From an uncultured Methanosarcinales archaeon (GTDB taxonomy: Archaea > Nanobdellota > Nanobdellia > Woesearchaeales > JAHJBD01): 64,000 nt of DNA. The stretch is from NCBI GenBank assembly GCA_964534665.1, contig CAZHRT010000001.1, positions 76,037 to 140,036 of the forward strand, read 5' to 3'. The stretch's first letter is position 1, and the number at the start of each line of letters is the position of its first letter. Below, piece by piece: positions 8,392-18,767 of the stretch. Below the pieces are notes generated by a model. The model was not told where the DNA came from. It ran no database searches and worked only from the letters and a program-made list of their open reading frames with translations. The translations under genes and the position numbers were made by a program.

Positions 8392-8776
8392 TTATAAAGT
8401 GAGTAGGTCAGATAAGCCACCTTCTGTTAAGGTCCTTAATGATAGTCATTTTCAGCTATCGATGACCCCCTTAGCATTTAACTTAGCGTCATCCTGACTT
8501 GCACAAACCAGGGCTATCCGTTTCATCGTTTCCTTTGGTTAATGTCAACGGATTACCTCATCCCTGTCACCAGGAACTTCACCGCATCATTCCAAGCCCA
8601 AAGGCCGTGTCGTTTCTGAGATGTTGCCTTGAGTTTCCCCAACTCACTTCCGTGAGTGATTGCTCCACCTCATTTTTGGAGTTTAACCAAAAACAAAGGT
8701 TTCAGTGGGTGGACTTTCCTCAGCAATGCCTAAACATCACCGTCAGCTAAGCCTGACCATACCCAACATATAGGAG
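8392..8776 (-). ncRNA. rnpB: RNase P RNA (archaeal type A-like), approximate ends
   Basis: Minus strand contains P4 5' strand GAGGAAAGUCC (plus 8711-8721) and CR-V ACAGAAGGUGGCUUA (plus 8413-8427). GGUCAG/CUGACC terminal pairing. Region is locally GC-richer and all overlapping ORFs look spurious. Confidence 0.75.
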
Positions 8777-8813
8777 TAATTAGTGGTTTTTAAAGTTATC
8801 GCTTAGATAAGAA

Positions 8814-9875
8814 TTATTTACTAAAAACTAAAACTGCTAATTTCCCCTTACCAACACTAAGCTTTCTTTCCTCTTTTAATTTTAATTTATATTCAGAAGA
8901 AACTTTCTTTAACAAATCTAAGTTACTACCACAAACAACCATTACTCCACCATCTTTCAAGACAAACTCAACTTGATGTAAAAATTCATTATACAGTTTC
9001 TCAATCTGCTTAACATCAGACACCCTATTAACTTCTGGAACTTTTGTAACAATCCTATCAATAGATTTTTCTTTAAATTTAGTATCTAACCATTCTATAT
9101 CAACTTTTGAAAAAGTTATATTTTTATGAACACTTGCAATCTTAGCATTCTTCTTAGAATTGTTTAAATCTAACCATTCAGATGCATAACCATAAACTTC
9201 TAATTTTCCATCTTTGACATCATCTTTGAAATCAAATGAAAATAATTTATTAAAAGCTAATTTATCTTTATTATAATAATTAACACTTAAACCTAAACTA
9301 TAAAGTACTGCTTCAATCGGAATAAGGCCAGACCTACAAAAAGGGTCAACTAAAACATCACCAACTTTAAAACCAGATAATCTAACTAAGCCATAAGCAA
9401 TTGTTCCCCTTATAGAATCTTTATGTCCAAACAACTTATAACTTCTTTTTTGTAAGTCAATCCCAGAAAAATCAATTCCAATATAACATTGATCTTTAAC
9501 AAGATAAGCGAATATAATTGTATCTGGATTATTCAAATCAACCTTTCCCTCGATAAATTCACCAACTTTAGATTCTACTTCATCAAGATCGTTATCAATT
9601 TGAACAGAACTAACCCGAAAAGTACCCGTCAAAGAAAAATCAATATTTTTAACCTGTTTAAAATCATCAAGTGAACTAACTTTAAAATTATCTAATAATA
9701 ACAATACCTTATCTACGCTTTGACATTTATAACTCAACAAACAAAGTTCTTTCTCACTTTTAACATCAAGAATACAAAAACCTTCACCTAAAGAAGCACT
9801 AACACCAATCAATTCTTTAATTTCAAGAGCAGCAACATCTTCAAGGCCTTTAGAAACAATAACTAAACATTTCAT
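8814..9875 (-). CDS. THUMP-domain RNA methyltransferase (Trm11/Trm-G10-like, tRNA guanine-N2 methyltransferase family)
   Basis: N-terminal THUMP-like region, then class I MTase with [15 protein letters not shown] (compare DPMCGSGTIxIEA of UPF0020/PF01170). Confidence 0.7.
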   Translation of the reverse strand: MKCLVIVSKGLEDVAALEIKELIGVSASLGEGFCILDVKSEKELCLLSYKCQSVDKVLLLLDNFKVSSLDDFKQVKNIDFSLTGTFRVSSVQIDNDLDEVESKVGEFIEGKVDLNNPDTIIFAYLVKDQCYIGIDFSGIDLQKRSYKLFGHKDSIRGTIAYGLVRLSGFKVGDVLVDPFCRSGLIPIEAVLYSLGLSVNYYNKDKLAFNKLFSFDFKDDVKDGKLEVYGYASEWLDLNNSKKNAKIASVHKNITFSKVDIEWLDTKFKEKSIDRIVTKVPEVNRVSDVKQIEKLYNEFLHQVEFVLKDGGVMVVCGSNLDLLKKVSSEYKLKLKEERKLSVGKGKLAVLVFSK

Positions 9876-12340
9876 TCTGTTACAATCTTAGCAGAAGCAA
9901 CTAACTCATCCCCTTCTGAAAGCCTCATCAACCTAACGCCCTGAGTTGCTCTCCCAATCATTGAAATCCCATTAACAGGAATCCTAATACATATACCTTC
10001 CCTGCTTATCATCATAATGTCATCTTCTTCAGAAACAGATCGAATAGCTCTAACCGGCCCATTCCTATCAGAACAAATAATATTCTTAACACCTACTCCA
10101 CCACGATTAGTTTCACGATATTCAGAAATCTTAGTTCGTTTACCAAAACCATTTTTAGTTACAGTTAACAAAGTTTTATTCTCTGATGCAAACACCATTT
10201 CAATAACTTTATCATCGCCTTTAAGAGTAATTCCCCTCACTCCACCAGCATTCCTACCCATTGCCCTAACCTTACTTTCATTAAATCTTATAGCCATTCC
10301 GTTTTTTGTGGCAATTATAACATCTTTTTTACCATCAGTTAATACAACATTAATTAATTCATCACCTTCGTGTAAAGTACAGGCAATTATCCCAGTGTTT
10401 CTTGGTCTACTAAATTGAGATAGATTAGTTTTCTTAACTACGCCAGTTCTAGTTGCCATAATTAAAAAATGCTCATCATCAAATTCTTTAACAGGAACAT
10501 ATGTACTAATTGTTTCATCATTTTCAAGATTCAATAAATTAACAATTGGTTTACCTTTAGCAATCCTACTGCCTTCAGGAATATTATAAACCTTTAACCA
10601 ATAAACCCTCCCCTTATTTGTAAAAAATAATAAATAAGAATGTGTATTAGCAACAAAAATATCTTCAACAAAATCCTCATCTTTTGTTCCTGCAGCAATA
10701 ACCCCTTTCCCACCACGTTTTTGTTGTTTATATGTTTCAACAGGAACTCTTTTGATATAACCTGAATGACTAATAGTGATTACCATTTCTTCAGGCTTAA
10801 TTAAATCTTCCATATCAATATCCTCATCGCCGTCTTCTGCAATACCTGTCCTTCTTTCATCACCATATTTCTCACGTATTTCAATTAATTCATTTTTTAT
10901 GATATCAAGAATCTTTTGTTCATCAGCTAATATGGTTGTTAATCTTTCAATAAGCTTAACTAATTCATCCAACTCATTTCTAATCTTATCTTGTTCTAAA
11001 GAAGTAATTTTTTGCAATTTCATATCCAAAATAGCATTAGCTTGTTTTTCAGATAATGAAAAATTAGCAATCAATGCTTGCCTAGCTTCTGCAACTGCTT
11101 TACTTTCTTTTAAGATTTTAATTGCTTGATCAATATTATCTAAAGCAATAACAATGCCTTTTAAGATATGCTCTTTATCTTTTGCAGCATTAAGATCAAA
11201 CTCTATCCTTTTCCTAACAACTTCTCTTCTATGATCAATAAAGTGTTGAAGCATCTGTTTTAAATTTAAAACACGTGGCTCATTATCAACCAAAGCAAGC
11301 ATGATAACACCAAAAGTGGTTTGCATTCTACTATGCTTATACAATTGATTCAACAAAACATCTGGATCAGCATTTTGCTTAAGTTCAATCACAACTCGCA
11401 TACCTTCTCTATCAGATTCATCTCTCAAATCAGAAATAGTATCAACTTTCTTATCTCGAACAAGGTTTGCTATTTCCTTTACCATCTCTGATTTATTAAC
11501 CATATAAGGAATTTCTGTAATAATAATTTTCTGCTTATTTTTAACCTCTTCAATATTGGTCTTAGCTCTTAAACGTAATTTACCCCTACCAGAAGTATAT
11601 GCACCAACAATCCCATTTCTACCACAAATTGTTGCACCAGTTGGAAAATCTGGTCCTGTGATACACTCCATTAACTCTCCAACAGTAATCTCAGGATTAT
11701 CCATCTGTTTAATAATACCTTCAACAATTTCATTCATGTTATGTGGAGGTATATTTGTTGCCATACCAACAGCAATACCAGAAGAACCATTTAATAACAA
11801 ATTAGGAAATTTAGCAGGAAGTACAGAAGGTTCTTTAAGACTACTATCAAAATTATCAACCATCTTAACAGTCTTTTTTTCAATGTCATGCAACATTTCC
11901 TCAGACAATTTGTTAAGTTTAGCTTCTGTATACCTCATTGCAGCAGCACGATCACCATCAATACTACCAAAATTACCTTGACCTTGAATTAAAGGATAAC
12001 GAAGAGACCAATTCTGAGCCATCCTAACCATTGAATCATAAACAGCAGAATCTCCATGTGGATGATACTTTCCCAAAACTTCCCCTACAATTCTAGCAGA
12101 CTTTCTAGAAGGCTTATTATGGAACATGCCCATATCATGCATAGCAAACAAAATTCTTCTGTGTACAGGCTTTAAACCGTCTCTAACATCAGGCAAAGCC
12201 CTTCCAACAATAACAGACATAGCATAATCTACATAACTTTGCCTCATTTCATCTTCGATTACACGAGGCACAATATTCTGCTTTTCAGGGGTATTTTCCT
12301 GATTAGATTCTTTGTTATTTTCAACCTGATTTTCATCCAT
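9872..12340 (-). CDS. gyrA: DNA gyrase subunit A
   Basis: [31 protein letters not shown], active-site Tyr region [11 protein letters not shown]-terminal beta-pinwheel repeats. 822 aa. Confidence 0.9.
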   Translation of the reverse strand: MDENQVENNKESNQENTPEKQNIVPRVIEDEMRQSYVDYAMSVIVGRALPDVRDGLKPVHRRILFAMHDMGMFHNKPSRKSARIVGEVLGKYHPHGDSAVYDSMVRMAQNWSLRYPLIQGQGNFGSIDGDRAAAMRYTEAKLNKLSEEMLHDIEKKTVKMVDNFDSSLKEPSVLPAKFPNLLLNGSSGIAVGMATNIPPHNMNEIVEGIIKQMDNPEITVGELMECITGPDFPTGATICGRNGIVGAYTSGRGKLRLRAKTNIEEVKNKQKIIITEIPYMVNKSEMVKEIANLVRDKKVDTISDLRDESDREGMRVVIELKQNADPDVLLNQLYKHSRMQTTFGVIMLALVDNEPRVLNLKQMLQHFIDHRREVVRKRIEFDLNAAKDKEHILKGIVIALDNIDQAIKILKESKAVAEARQALIANFSLSEKQANAILDMKLQKITSLEQDKIRNELDELVKLIERLTTILADEQKILDIIKNELIEIREKYGDERRTGIAEDGDEDIDMEDLIKPEEMVITISHSGYIKRVPVETYKQQKRGGKGVIAAGTKDEDFVEDIFVANTHSYLLFFTNKGRVYWLKVYNIPEGSRIAKGKPIVNLLNLENDETISTYVPVKEFDDEHFLIMATRTGVVKKTNLSQFSRPRNTGIIACTLHEGDELINVVLTDGKKDVIIATKNGMAIRFNESKVRAMGRNAGGVRGITLKGDDKVIEMVFASENKTLLTVTKNGFGKRTKISEYRETNRGGVGVKNIICSDRNGPVRAIRSVSEEDDIMMISREGICIRIPVNGISMIGRATQGVRLMRLSEGDELVASAKIVTE

Positions 12341-12492
12341 TTTATCGTCGAGAAAATAGTAATTCCCACATCAATTAGAATAGTGGTTTTCTTTATAAAT
12401 CTTATGGTTATGTTAGAAATAGCATTAGTGATTTCTAAGCATCCTAGAAATCTCTTTGAAATTGTAAAATTCTATAATTTAGAACTAAGAAA

Positions 12493-12624
12493 TTAACCAA
12501 TTATGTTATTTTTAACACTAAAATTCTTACCACAATAAACACATGCTTTTGATTTGCCTTTAATAATACTATTCCTACTTTCATACTTCATTTTATTATG
12601 ACATTTAGGACATCTAAGGATCAT
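12493..12624 (-). CDS. Small zinc-ribbon protein (43 aa), not in ORF track
   Basis: MILRCPKCHNKMKYESRNSIIKGKSKACVYCGKNFSVKNNIIG. CPxC...CxxC. ATG overlaps upstream ScpB TGA stop (ATGA). Confidence 0.4.
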   Translation of the reverse strand: MILRCPKCHNKMKYESRNSIIKGKSKACVYCGKNFSVKNNIIG

Positions 12625-13808
12625 TCTTCCTCTTTATCTATACTTTCAGAATCAGCTTCAAGCAAATCTTTCGCTCCTGGTTGGTCTTTTATAGGGATAC
12701 GATCATCAGGGTTTTCTTCTTTCTTTGGTTCTTGTATTTCTTCAGAAGGTTCTTCTTGGACTTCTTCTTTAACTTCTTCGCTAGATTCTTCTTTTGACTG
12801 TTCTAAACTCTCTTGTGCTTGGTCTTGTTCAGTTTCTTTTTCTGGTGTTTCTTCTACTTGTTCTTCTGGTTCAGGTCCTACTTCTTCTTTACCAGTAACT
12901 TCTTTATTATAATACCCAAAAACATGACTTACTTTATCATCAATCTTTTCTTCAGGTGCTTTAACTTCCGCTACAGCCTCAGTTCCTTCTTCAACTTCAT
13001 CTACATATTCTTCTTGATCAATTTGTTCTTCCTCAGCAACAGGTTTTTTTGGAACATCATAAACATTCATCCCATTAACTTCATCCTTAACAACTTCAGT
13101 ATGTGCTTCAGACTCTTTTGGTTTTTCTTCTTGTTGAATTTCTGACACATTAACAACATCAAGTTCTACTTCATTTCCTTCATTATCAATTAAATCAACT
13201 TCTTTATCATTTTCTTCAATTTCTTTCTTTTTCTTTGCTTCTTCTTTTAGTCTCTTTCGATGTTCTTCACGAATTTTTCTTATATCTTCTTCTTTATCTT
13301 CAATTGTTTTAGCAATAGACTCAAAATCTCTAAATTGGTCCTTTAAATTATCTTCTTTAAGATCAAAATATTCAAAAAATTTATCTGTTAACTTAATCAA
13401 CTTTGATCTACCATGTTTTTGCCTCGATATATAACCAAGTTCTTCAAGCTCCCTAAGATGATCATAAGCCTTATTACTCCTTATCCTAATCAAATCAGCT
13501 TGTTTTATAGGATATTTAAAAGCAATAACCGCTAAAGTCTCCATCAATGTTTTACTTAACTCAGTTTTAGAAACAATTTTCTTTATTAACTCCAAAAAAC
13601 TAGGTTTATTTGTTAATTTCCAATATATCCCATCATTAACAACTGTTAAAGCAGTATTTTCATTTTCAGCATAATCTTTACGTAACTCTTCTAAAGCAGG
13701 TTTTAAAGCATCTTGTTCAACCATTAACAAGTTTCCAAGCTCTTCAATAGACATTCTTCTACCAGAAGAAAACAATAGCGCCTCAACTTTCTTTTTAATC
13801 TCACTCAT
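12621..13808 (-). CDS. scpB: Segregation and condensation protein B (ScpB) with about 200-aa acidic disordered C-terminal tail
   Basis: MSEIKKKVEALLFSSGRRMSIEELGNLL...winged-helix ScpB N-terminus (EALLFaS, IRIRS...YDHLRELEELGYI). C-terminal half is E/K/D-rich low complexity. Confidence 0.75.
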   Translation of the reverse strand: MSEIKKKVEALLFSSGRRMSIEELGNLLMVEQDALKPALEELRKDYAENENTALTVVNDGIYWKLTNKPSFLELIKKIVSKTELSKTLMETLAVIAFKYPIKQADLIRIRSNKAYDHLRELEELGYISRQKHGRSKLIKLTDKFFEYFDLKEDNLKDQFRDFESIAKTIEDKEEDIRKIREEHRKRLKEEAKKKKEIEENDKEVDLIDNEGNEVELDVVNVSEIQQEEKPKESEAHTEVVKDEVNGMNVYDVPKKPVAEEEQIDQEEYVDEVEEGTEAVAEVKAPEEKIDDKVSHVFGYYNKEVTGKEEVGPEPEEQVEETPEKETEQDQAQESLEQSKEESSEEVKEEVQEEPSEEIQEPKKEENPDDRIPIKDQPGAKDLLEADSESIDKEEE

Positions 13809-14377
13809 TTGAGTGAATAGAAATCTTCTTCTTTTTTAATTTTTCCTTCTTTTTCAAGATTATCAAGCAAAGGTTTTAGTTCTTTATCAATAATCCCACT
13901 ATATTTTGAAATATCATCAGATGTACTATCACCTTTAACAGATAAAAGAACTAAAACTAAGTTTAATAGTGTTGTCCGCATATTTCTCTTTAAAAAACCG
14001 TTCTCTGCCCTTAATTGTTTGGCAACAGAATCAAGACCGTGTAATTTAGCTTGAAGATCATTTAACACACCTGCAACATCAAGATTGCTAAATTCCATTT
14101 TTTCTGGTTTTAAAACCTCAATAGATGAAGGCATATAACTAAAACAAAAACCAAACATTTCTTGAACATCCTTAACAACCATTTCTAATTCAACAAAAAC
14201 ACTCCACATCTTACCTTGCTCTTTAACATCTGAATATTCTTCTTTTAAGATAAGATAATCTGGGTTTTCCTTAATATCTTTAACATAATCCTTTATAGCT
14301 TTCTCTACGTGCTCTTTTGGTTTTCCTAAAACCTCAAGAATTGTAATAAATCTTACTTTTTTACCTTCTTCTACCAT
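13805..14377 (-). CDS. Hypothetical protein co-operonic with scpB (possible divergent kleisin/ScpA-like; unverified)
   Basis: 190 aa, 4-nt overlap with scpB start. No recognisable motif. Position suggests ScpA but sequence similarity not evident by eye. Confidence 0.4.
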   Translation of the reverse strand: MVEEGKKVRFITILEVLGKPKEHVEKAIKDYVKDIKENPDYLILKEEYSDVKEQGKMWSVFVELEMVVKDVQEMFGFCFSYMPSSIEVLKPEKMEFSNLDVAGVLNDLQAKLHGLDSVAKQLRAENGFLKRNMRTTLLNLVLVLLSVKGDSTSDDISKYSGIIDKELKPLLDNLEKEGKIKKEEDFYSLK

Positions 14378-14408
14378 TAAGTCATAGAATTAAACAGGAT
14401 TTATAAAA

Positions 14409-16178
14409 TTATTCCTTCTTTAGAATAAGATAAACAACAAACATACCCAATACAATAATTAAAAAACTTGTAATCATCTTTTTAGCTTTAAAATCATTTG
14501 ATTCATACACCAAATAAGGTTCTTTATACTTTACATAATTAGGATATAAAGAAGGTTGTATCTGTTCTTCTTTCAAAGATTCTGAATCCTTAACCTGAAC
14601 AATCTGCTTTTCTTCTTTTGTTTGAATTCCAATTACATTTATATCTTCTATTAACTGTTTATTTGTTTTCTGTTCATCTTTATTAATCAAAACTTTAAGC
14701 TTATAATCTCCTGGATCTGCATCTAAAACAATATTTCCGAGTTCAACTGTTGAAATACTCCCACCTTCCAAATAAAATGCCCTTTTATTATCCTCCCTAT
14801 CACCAGAATATGTTTTTGGTCCCCTATATACATAACTCCAAATTGCAACAGGAAACCCATCATCACCAGTATTTTCAAGCCTAACTTTAGTTACAAATTC
14901 TCTACCAAGATTAATAGATTTATCAATCTCAACAATTCGATAATCTAACTTTCCACTACTTGTTTTTTTCTCAACAACAACCTCTTCACACATTGATTTA
15001 GTGAAACCTGAAATGTCCATCTCCAAGCTATCCTCCAAATCTAACCCTTCCATAAATAATGTATATTGACCATCTTCATAATTCTGATCACAATTAGGTT
15101 TTAATTGAACAGGCAAAGTCAAAGTATAATTAGTATATTCTGAATAAACATTTGTTTTACTCTCTTTACTAACTCTCTCGTCTTCATTAGCAACCCATAA
15201 CGCAATACTATTTTTTGTTGTTTCACCTTTATGAATTTGTGCTTTAACCCTTATTGTTTGTCCAAATTTTGCTTTATTATCATTACCCAAATCATAAATT
15301 TTCTCAATCTTAAGTGAAGATTCAGAATTTCTTGCAGAACTATAAATCGCAAAAAGTTTTGTATCATAATTATTTGTTAAATCAGACTCATTACAACTTA
15401 TTTGTAAAGTTGCATTTATTAAATAAGCCATGCCTTTATCAAGATTAGGTGTATATTTTGAAGATGTCCTTTTTAAGGTAGCAGAACTGTTTGTCCAGGG
15501 TTTATATTCTTTAACAATATTACCGAAAAAATCACTGATATAAATTCTCCCAGTAATATTTGTTTTTTTATCATAAAGATTAGTTGCCCTTACTCTAAAA
15601 TCAAAATCTTCTCTATTAAACAAAGTTTTATTTAAAATAATTTCAATTTTCCAGTCACAAGTTCCATTTTCACGAATCATAAAACCAGAATTATCAAAAC
15701 CAGGGGTTGGATCTGCTAGATACCAACTATTATTCAATAAAGCCAAACTTTTTCCTGTTTCAGAACTTAAGTAACTAACATTATAAATCAACACAGAATC
15801 ATCATACAAATAAATATTTTCACCACTATTTCTTAAACCATTTCCAATTGAAGAATCTTCAACATACAATCTTACAACATCAGAATCCACATTAAAGTTA
15901 TTATAAACTCGTGTTGTATCATCAGTGATAATTGCATAACCTTTTGCAGGGATAACTGTGCCACCACCATTATATAATCCACCCTCAATAACATCTAATT
16001 CAGAATCATCACCAATCAACCAACCACTAACATCAACTTCAGAATCCCCATTATTGTAAAGTTCTATCCATTCATTTAATGATTCATCATACAAAGGATT
16101 AGGCATAATTTCATTTATTACAATATCTGCAGAAACAACTGGAATTAAGATTATAAACAATATCAAAGATATTTTCAA
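14409..16178 (-). CDS. Cell-surface protein: signal peptide, lamin-tail domain (LTD), large unknown region, C-terminal TM anchor
   Basis: N-terminal MKISLILFIILIPVVSA then DIVINEIMPNPLYDESLNEWIELYNNGDSEVDVSGWLIGDDS (LTD consensus INEim.NP...NEwIELyN.g...vdLsGW.l.D). C-terminal ITSFLIIVLGMFVVYLILKKE. Confidence 0.75.
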   Translation of the reverse strand: MKISLILFIILIPVVSADIVINEIMPNPLYDESLNEWIELYNNGDSEVDVSGWLIGDDSELDVIEGGLYNGGGTVIPAKGYAIITDDTTRVYNNFNVDSDVVRLYVEDSSIGNGLRNSGENIYLYDDSVLIYNVSYLSSETGKSLALLNNSWYLADPTPGFDNSGFMIRENGTCDWKIEIILNKTLFNREDFDFRVRATNLYDKKTNITGRIYISDFFGNIVKEYKPWTNSSATLKRTSSKYTPNLDKGMAYLINATLQISCNESDLTNNYDTKLFAIYSSARNSESSLKIEKIYDLGNDNKAKFGQTIRVKAQIHKGETTKNSIALWVANEDERVSKESKTNVYSEYTNYTLTLPVQLKPNCDQNYEDGQYTLFMEGLDLEDSLEMDISGFTKSMCEEVVVEKKTSSGKLDYRIVEIDKSINLGREFVTKVRLENTGDDGFPVAIWSYVYRGPKTYSGDREDNKRAFYLEGGSISTVELGNIVLDADPGDYKLKVLINKDEQKTNKQLIEDINVIGIQTKEEKQIVQVKDSESLKEEQIQPSLYPNYVKYKEPYLVYESNDFKAKKMITSFLIIVLGMFVVYLILKKE

Positions 16179-16248
16179 TATTACCCCTAAGAAAGCGAAT
16201 GAAAAAAACTATATAAAATTATTTATTAATTAGCTCATTAGAATTCAT

Positions 16249-16890
16249 CTAAAAATGTAGTAATATGTGTCTAAAAAGAGCTGTTCTAGCTCTCAATACT
16301 TTCTTTTTCACAACAGCTACATCAACTCTTTCAAAAAGTCTTGGACTATCTCTACGCATTCCAATTCGAGAAAATGCTGTTAATGCTTTTACATCATTAG
16401 AAAACGCAGGATTTTTATCCCTAAAAGCAATCAAAATATCCTTAAATGGTCTTGTGGGGATTTTTAATTTCTTAAGATAATTACCAATTCTAATTATACT
16501 AAAACCAAGCGAAGGATCTAATAAAAATAAGTAAAATACATCGGCATTAGCTGTACCAATGCCAAATTCAATACAAGCAACAAACTTTGAAAAAGCAAGA
16601 GCAAGTGCATGATCCCTTGTTTTAGGGGTAGTTATTTTATATCTTTCAGGTTCAAGTTCATATCCAATTAATCCAACACATTCTTCAATTGTTTTACCAA
16701 GAAAATTTCTATACGCATTCCTATTTTTAGGAAAATTTAATTGGCTAGAAAGCGTTTTAAACTGTGCAGCTATCTGTTGATAATCAGTAGCAATCAACTC
16801 ATCAAAATTATCTTCAATTTCTTCTTCTCTTTTTTCAATACTTTTTCTAGCTTTTGCAGCAAAATCCTGAACAAGACTTAAATGTTTCAT
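16249..16890 (-). CDS. Hypothetical protein
   Basis: 213 aa, no recognised motif. Good coding-like composition. Confidence 0.4.
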   Translation of the reverse strand: MKHLSLVQDFAAKARKSIEKREEEIEDNFDELIATDYQQIAAQFKTLSSQLNFPKNRNAYRNFLGKTIEECVGLIGYELEPERYKITTPKTRDHALALAFSKFVACIEFGIGTANADVFYLFLLDPSLGFSIIRIGNYLKKLKIPTRPFKDILIAFRDKNPAFSNDVKALTAFSRIGMRRDSPRLFERVDVAVVKKKVLRARTALFRHILLHF

Positions 16891-16927
16891 TTATAATGCT
16901 TAATAATCCCTTAATTTATATTATTTT

Positions 16928-17656
16928 CTATTCTATAAACTCCCATAAAACCGTAGCAATTGTATAATCTGGATCAGGTATAGAATCTACAAGCTCTAAC
17001 CTGATTGTCTGTTCATCCCCACTAAAATCAATAAGTACAGATTCGCTTTTCCTAATACCATCATTCTTAACTAAAATATCATCAGTTGTAAAAGTTCTAA
17101 CTGGTAAAGCGTCCTTAACTGATTGTGTCCACTCGTCATAAACCTTAACACCTACTTTAGGTTTAATAGCATGATCCCCCTGATTAATTATTGTATAATC
17201 AATTTTATCAATCCTTCCTTCGCCATCAAAATAAGAATAATCAACATCATCAATTGAAATTGTAATCCCATTTTCAGCACTCATATAAGTGGAAGTAATT
17301 TCTAACAATACGTCATCACATTGTATACTTTCATTAACAATTCTTCCATCTTCACAACGATAATAATAAGCAACAATTTCTTCAGTAATGTTACATGCAG
17401 GACATTTAACAGAAGGACACTCAATTTCTTCAAACTCTTCACAAATTTCACATTCAGTAGAATTAACATTTGGACATGGTTCAAATACAGGATCATTAAG
17501 GTTAGCAATATAAATTGCACCAAAAACAAAAGCACTCAACAAAACTAACAATCCAAACAAATTCATTCCAAATTTCTTAAAAAAAAGCCACTTTAAAATT
17601 TCACCAAAAGTAGGGTCCTTTTTCTCTTCATGTTGTAATGCTGAATCAGGGTCCAT
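16928..17656 (-). CDS. Membrane-anchored extracytoplasmic cysteine-rich protein, hypothetical
   Basis: N-terminal TM LFGLLVLLSAFVFGAIYIANL followed by CPNVNSTECEICEEFEEIECPSVKCPACN cluster (10 Cys). Confidence 0.5.
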   Translation of the reverse strand: MDPDSALQHEEKKDPTFGEILKWLFFKKFGMNLFGLLVLLSAFVFGAIYIANLNDPVFEPCPNVNSTECEICEEFEEIECPSVKCPACNITEEIVAYYYRCEDGRIVNESIQCDDVLLEITSTYMSAENGITISIDDVDYSYFDGEGRIDKIDYTIINQGDHAIKPKVGVKVYDEWTQSVKDALPVRTFTTDDILVKNDGIRKSESVLIDFSGDEQTIRLELVDSIPDPDYTIATVLWEFIE

Positions 17657-17712
17657 ATTAAAAAGTAAGATTTACTTATTTATATTTATGTCGGAAATTC
17701 AGTATATAATCT

Positions 17713-18708
17713 TTATTTCCATACACCAACAATCTTTTCTTTATTTAACATGCCTTGCTTAATATTATTTTTAACAATATTAAACCTGCCTCTTTCAATA
17801 GCAACCTTTTTACCTTTAGGAGAATATGTATTACTTGCTTCATTTGCCAAAACATTTCCAACATAGACATAATTTAAACCAGATTTTAAAGCAATTTCTC
17901 TTGACATCATTAAAGTAGAAGCAGGAGTAGGAATCTTATCTAACATTTTATTACAAGGATAAAATGCACTAAAATGAAGTGGAACATCTTTTCCAACATT
18001 CTCTTTGATCCATTCACACATTTCTTTAATTTGTTCTATATTATCATTTAATTTAGGGATTATCAAATTTGTAAGTTCTAACCAAACTCCTGCTTTCTTG
18101 ATAGTTTTTATTGATTCCAAAATAGGTTCAAGCCAAGCTGTTGTATATTTTCTATAAAATCTATCATCAAAACTCTTTAAATCAATATTTGCTGCATCAA
18201 TATATTTACACCATTCTTTAAGCGGTTCTTGATTAATAAATCCATTACATACAATAATATTCTTAATTCCTTCTTTTTTAGCAATTTTCATAATATCCAA
18301 AGCATATTCATAAAATACAATTGGATCATTATAGGTATAAGCAATTGATTTACAACCAGCTTGTTTAGCTTTTTCAACAACAGCTTTAGGAGAAATAAAC
18401 TCACAATCAAAATCATTTGCTTGAGAAATTTCCCAGTTCTGACAAAAATCACAATGTAAATTACATCCAATAGTACCAAAAGAAAAAACTTTTGATCCAG
18501 GTAAAAAATGATACAAAGGTTTTTTTTCAATAGGATCAACAGCTAAAGAACAAGGTTTACCATAAACTTTTGAATATAATTTACCTTTAACATTCTCCCT
18601 AACTCTACATTGTCCAACAGCCCCTTCTTTAATTACACATAATTTAGGACACAAAATACATTGTACAACAGATTTATTCTTACTATTCCAATACTTTGCT
18701 TGTTCCAT
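17713..18708 (-). CDS. amrS: AmmeMemoRadiSam-system radical SAM enzyme (AmrS-like)
   Basis: QCILCPKLCVIKEGAVGQCRVRENVKGKLYSKVYGKPCSLAVDPIEKKPLYHFLPGS...GCNLHCDFCQNW closely matches AmrS family (CxxxCxxC plus N-terminal Cys cluster). Confidence 0.8.
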   Translation of the reverse strand: MEQAKYWNSKNKSVVQCILCPKLCVIKEGAVGQCRVRENVKGKLYSKVYGKPCSLAVDPIEKKPLYHFLPGSKVFSFGTIGCNLHCDFCQNWEISQANDFDCEFISPKAVVEKAKQAGCKSIAYTYNDPIVFYEYALDIMKIAKKEGIKNIIVCNGFINQEPLKEWCKYIDAANIDLKSFDDRFYRKYTTAWLEPILESIKTIKKAGVWLELTNLIIPKLNDNIEQIKEMCEWIKENVGKDVPLHFSAFYPCNKMLDKIPTPASTLMMSREIALKSGLNYVYVGNVLANEASNTYSPKGKKVAIERGRFNIVKNNIKQGMLNKEKIVGVWK

Positions 18709-18767
18709 ATTATTAATATTCCAAATCCATTATATTAAAGTTTCCACAAATTAGTTACCATTATTTA

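Noticed and set aside
8261-8750. Plus-strand ORFs of 78 and 83 aa
   Set aside because: They lie within the RNase P RNA gene (conserved P4 motifs on the opposite strand). Amino-acid composition is implausible.
10017-11981. Plus-strand ORFs (133, 117, 141 aa) inside gyrA
   Set aside because: Antisense to a strongly supported 822-aa GyrA. Ser/Ile/Leu-rich low-complexity translations typical of AT-rich antisense frames.
12598-13145. Plus-strand Ser-rich and Phe-rich ORFs
   Set aside because: Antisense of the acidic tail of scpB (GAA/GAT repeats read as TTC/ATC).
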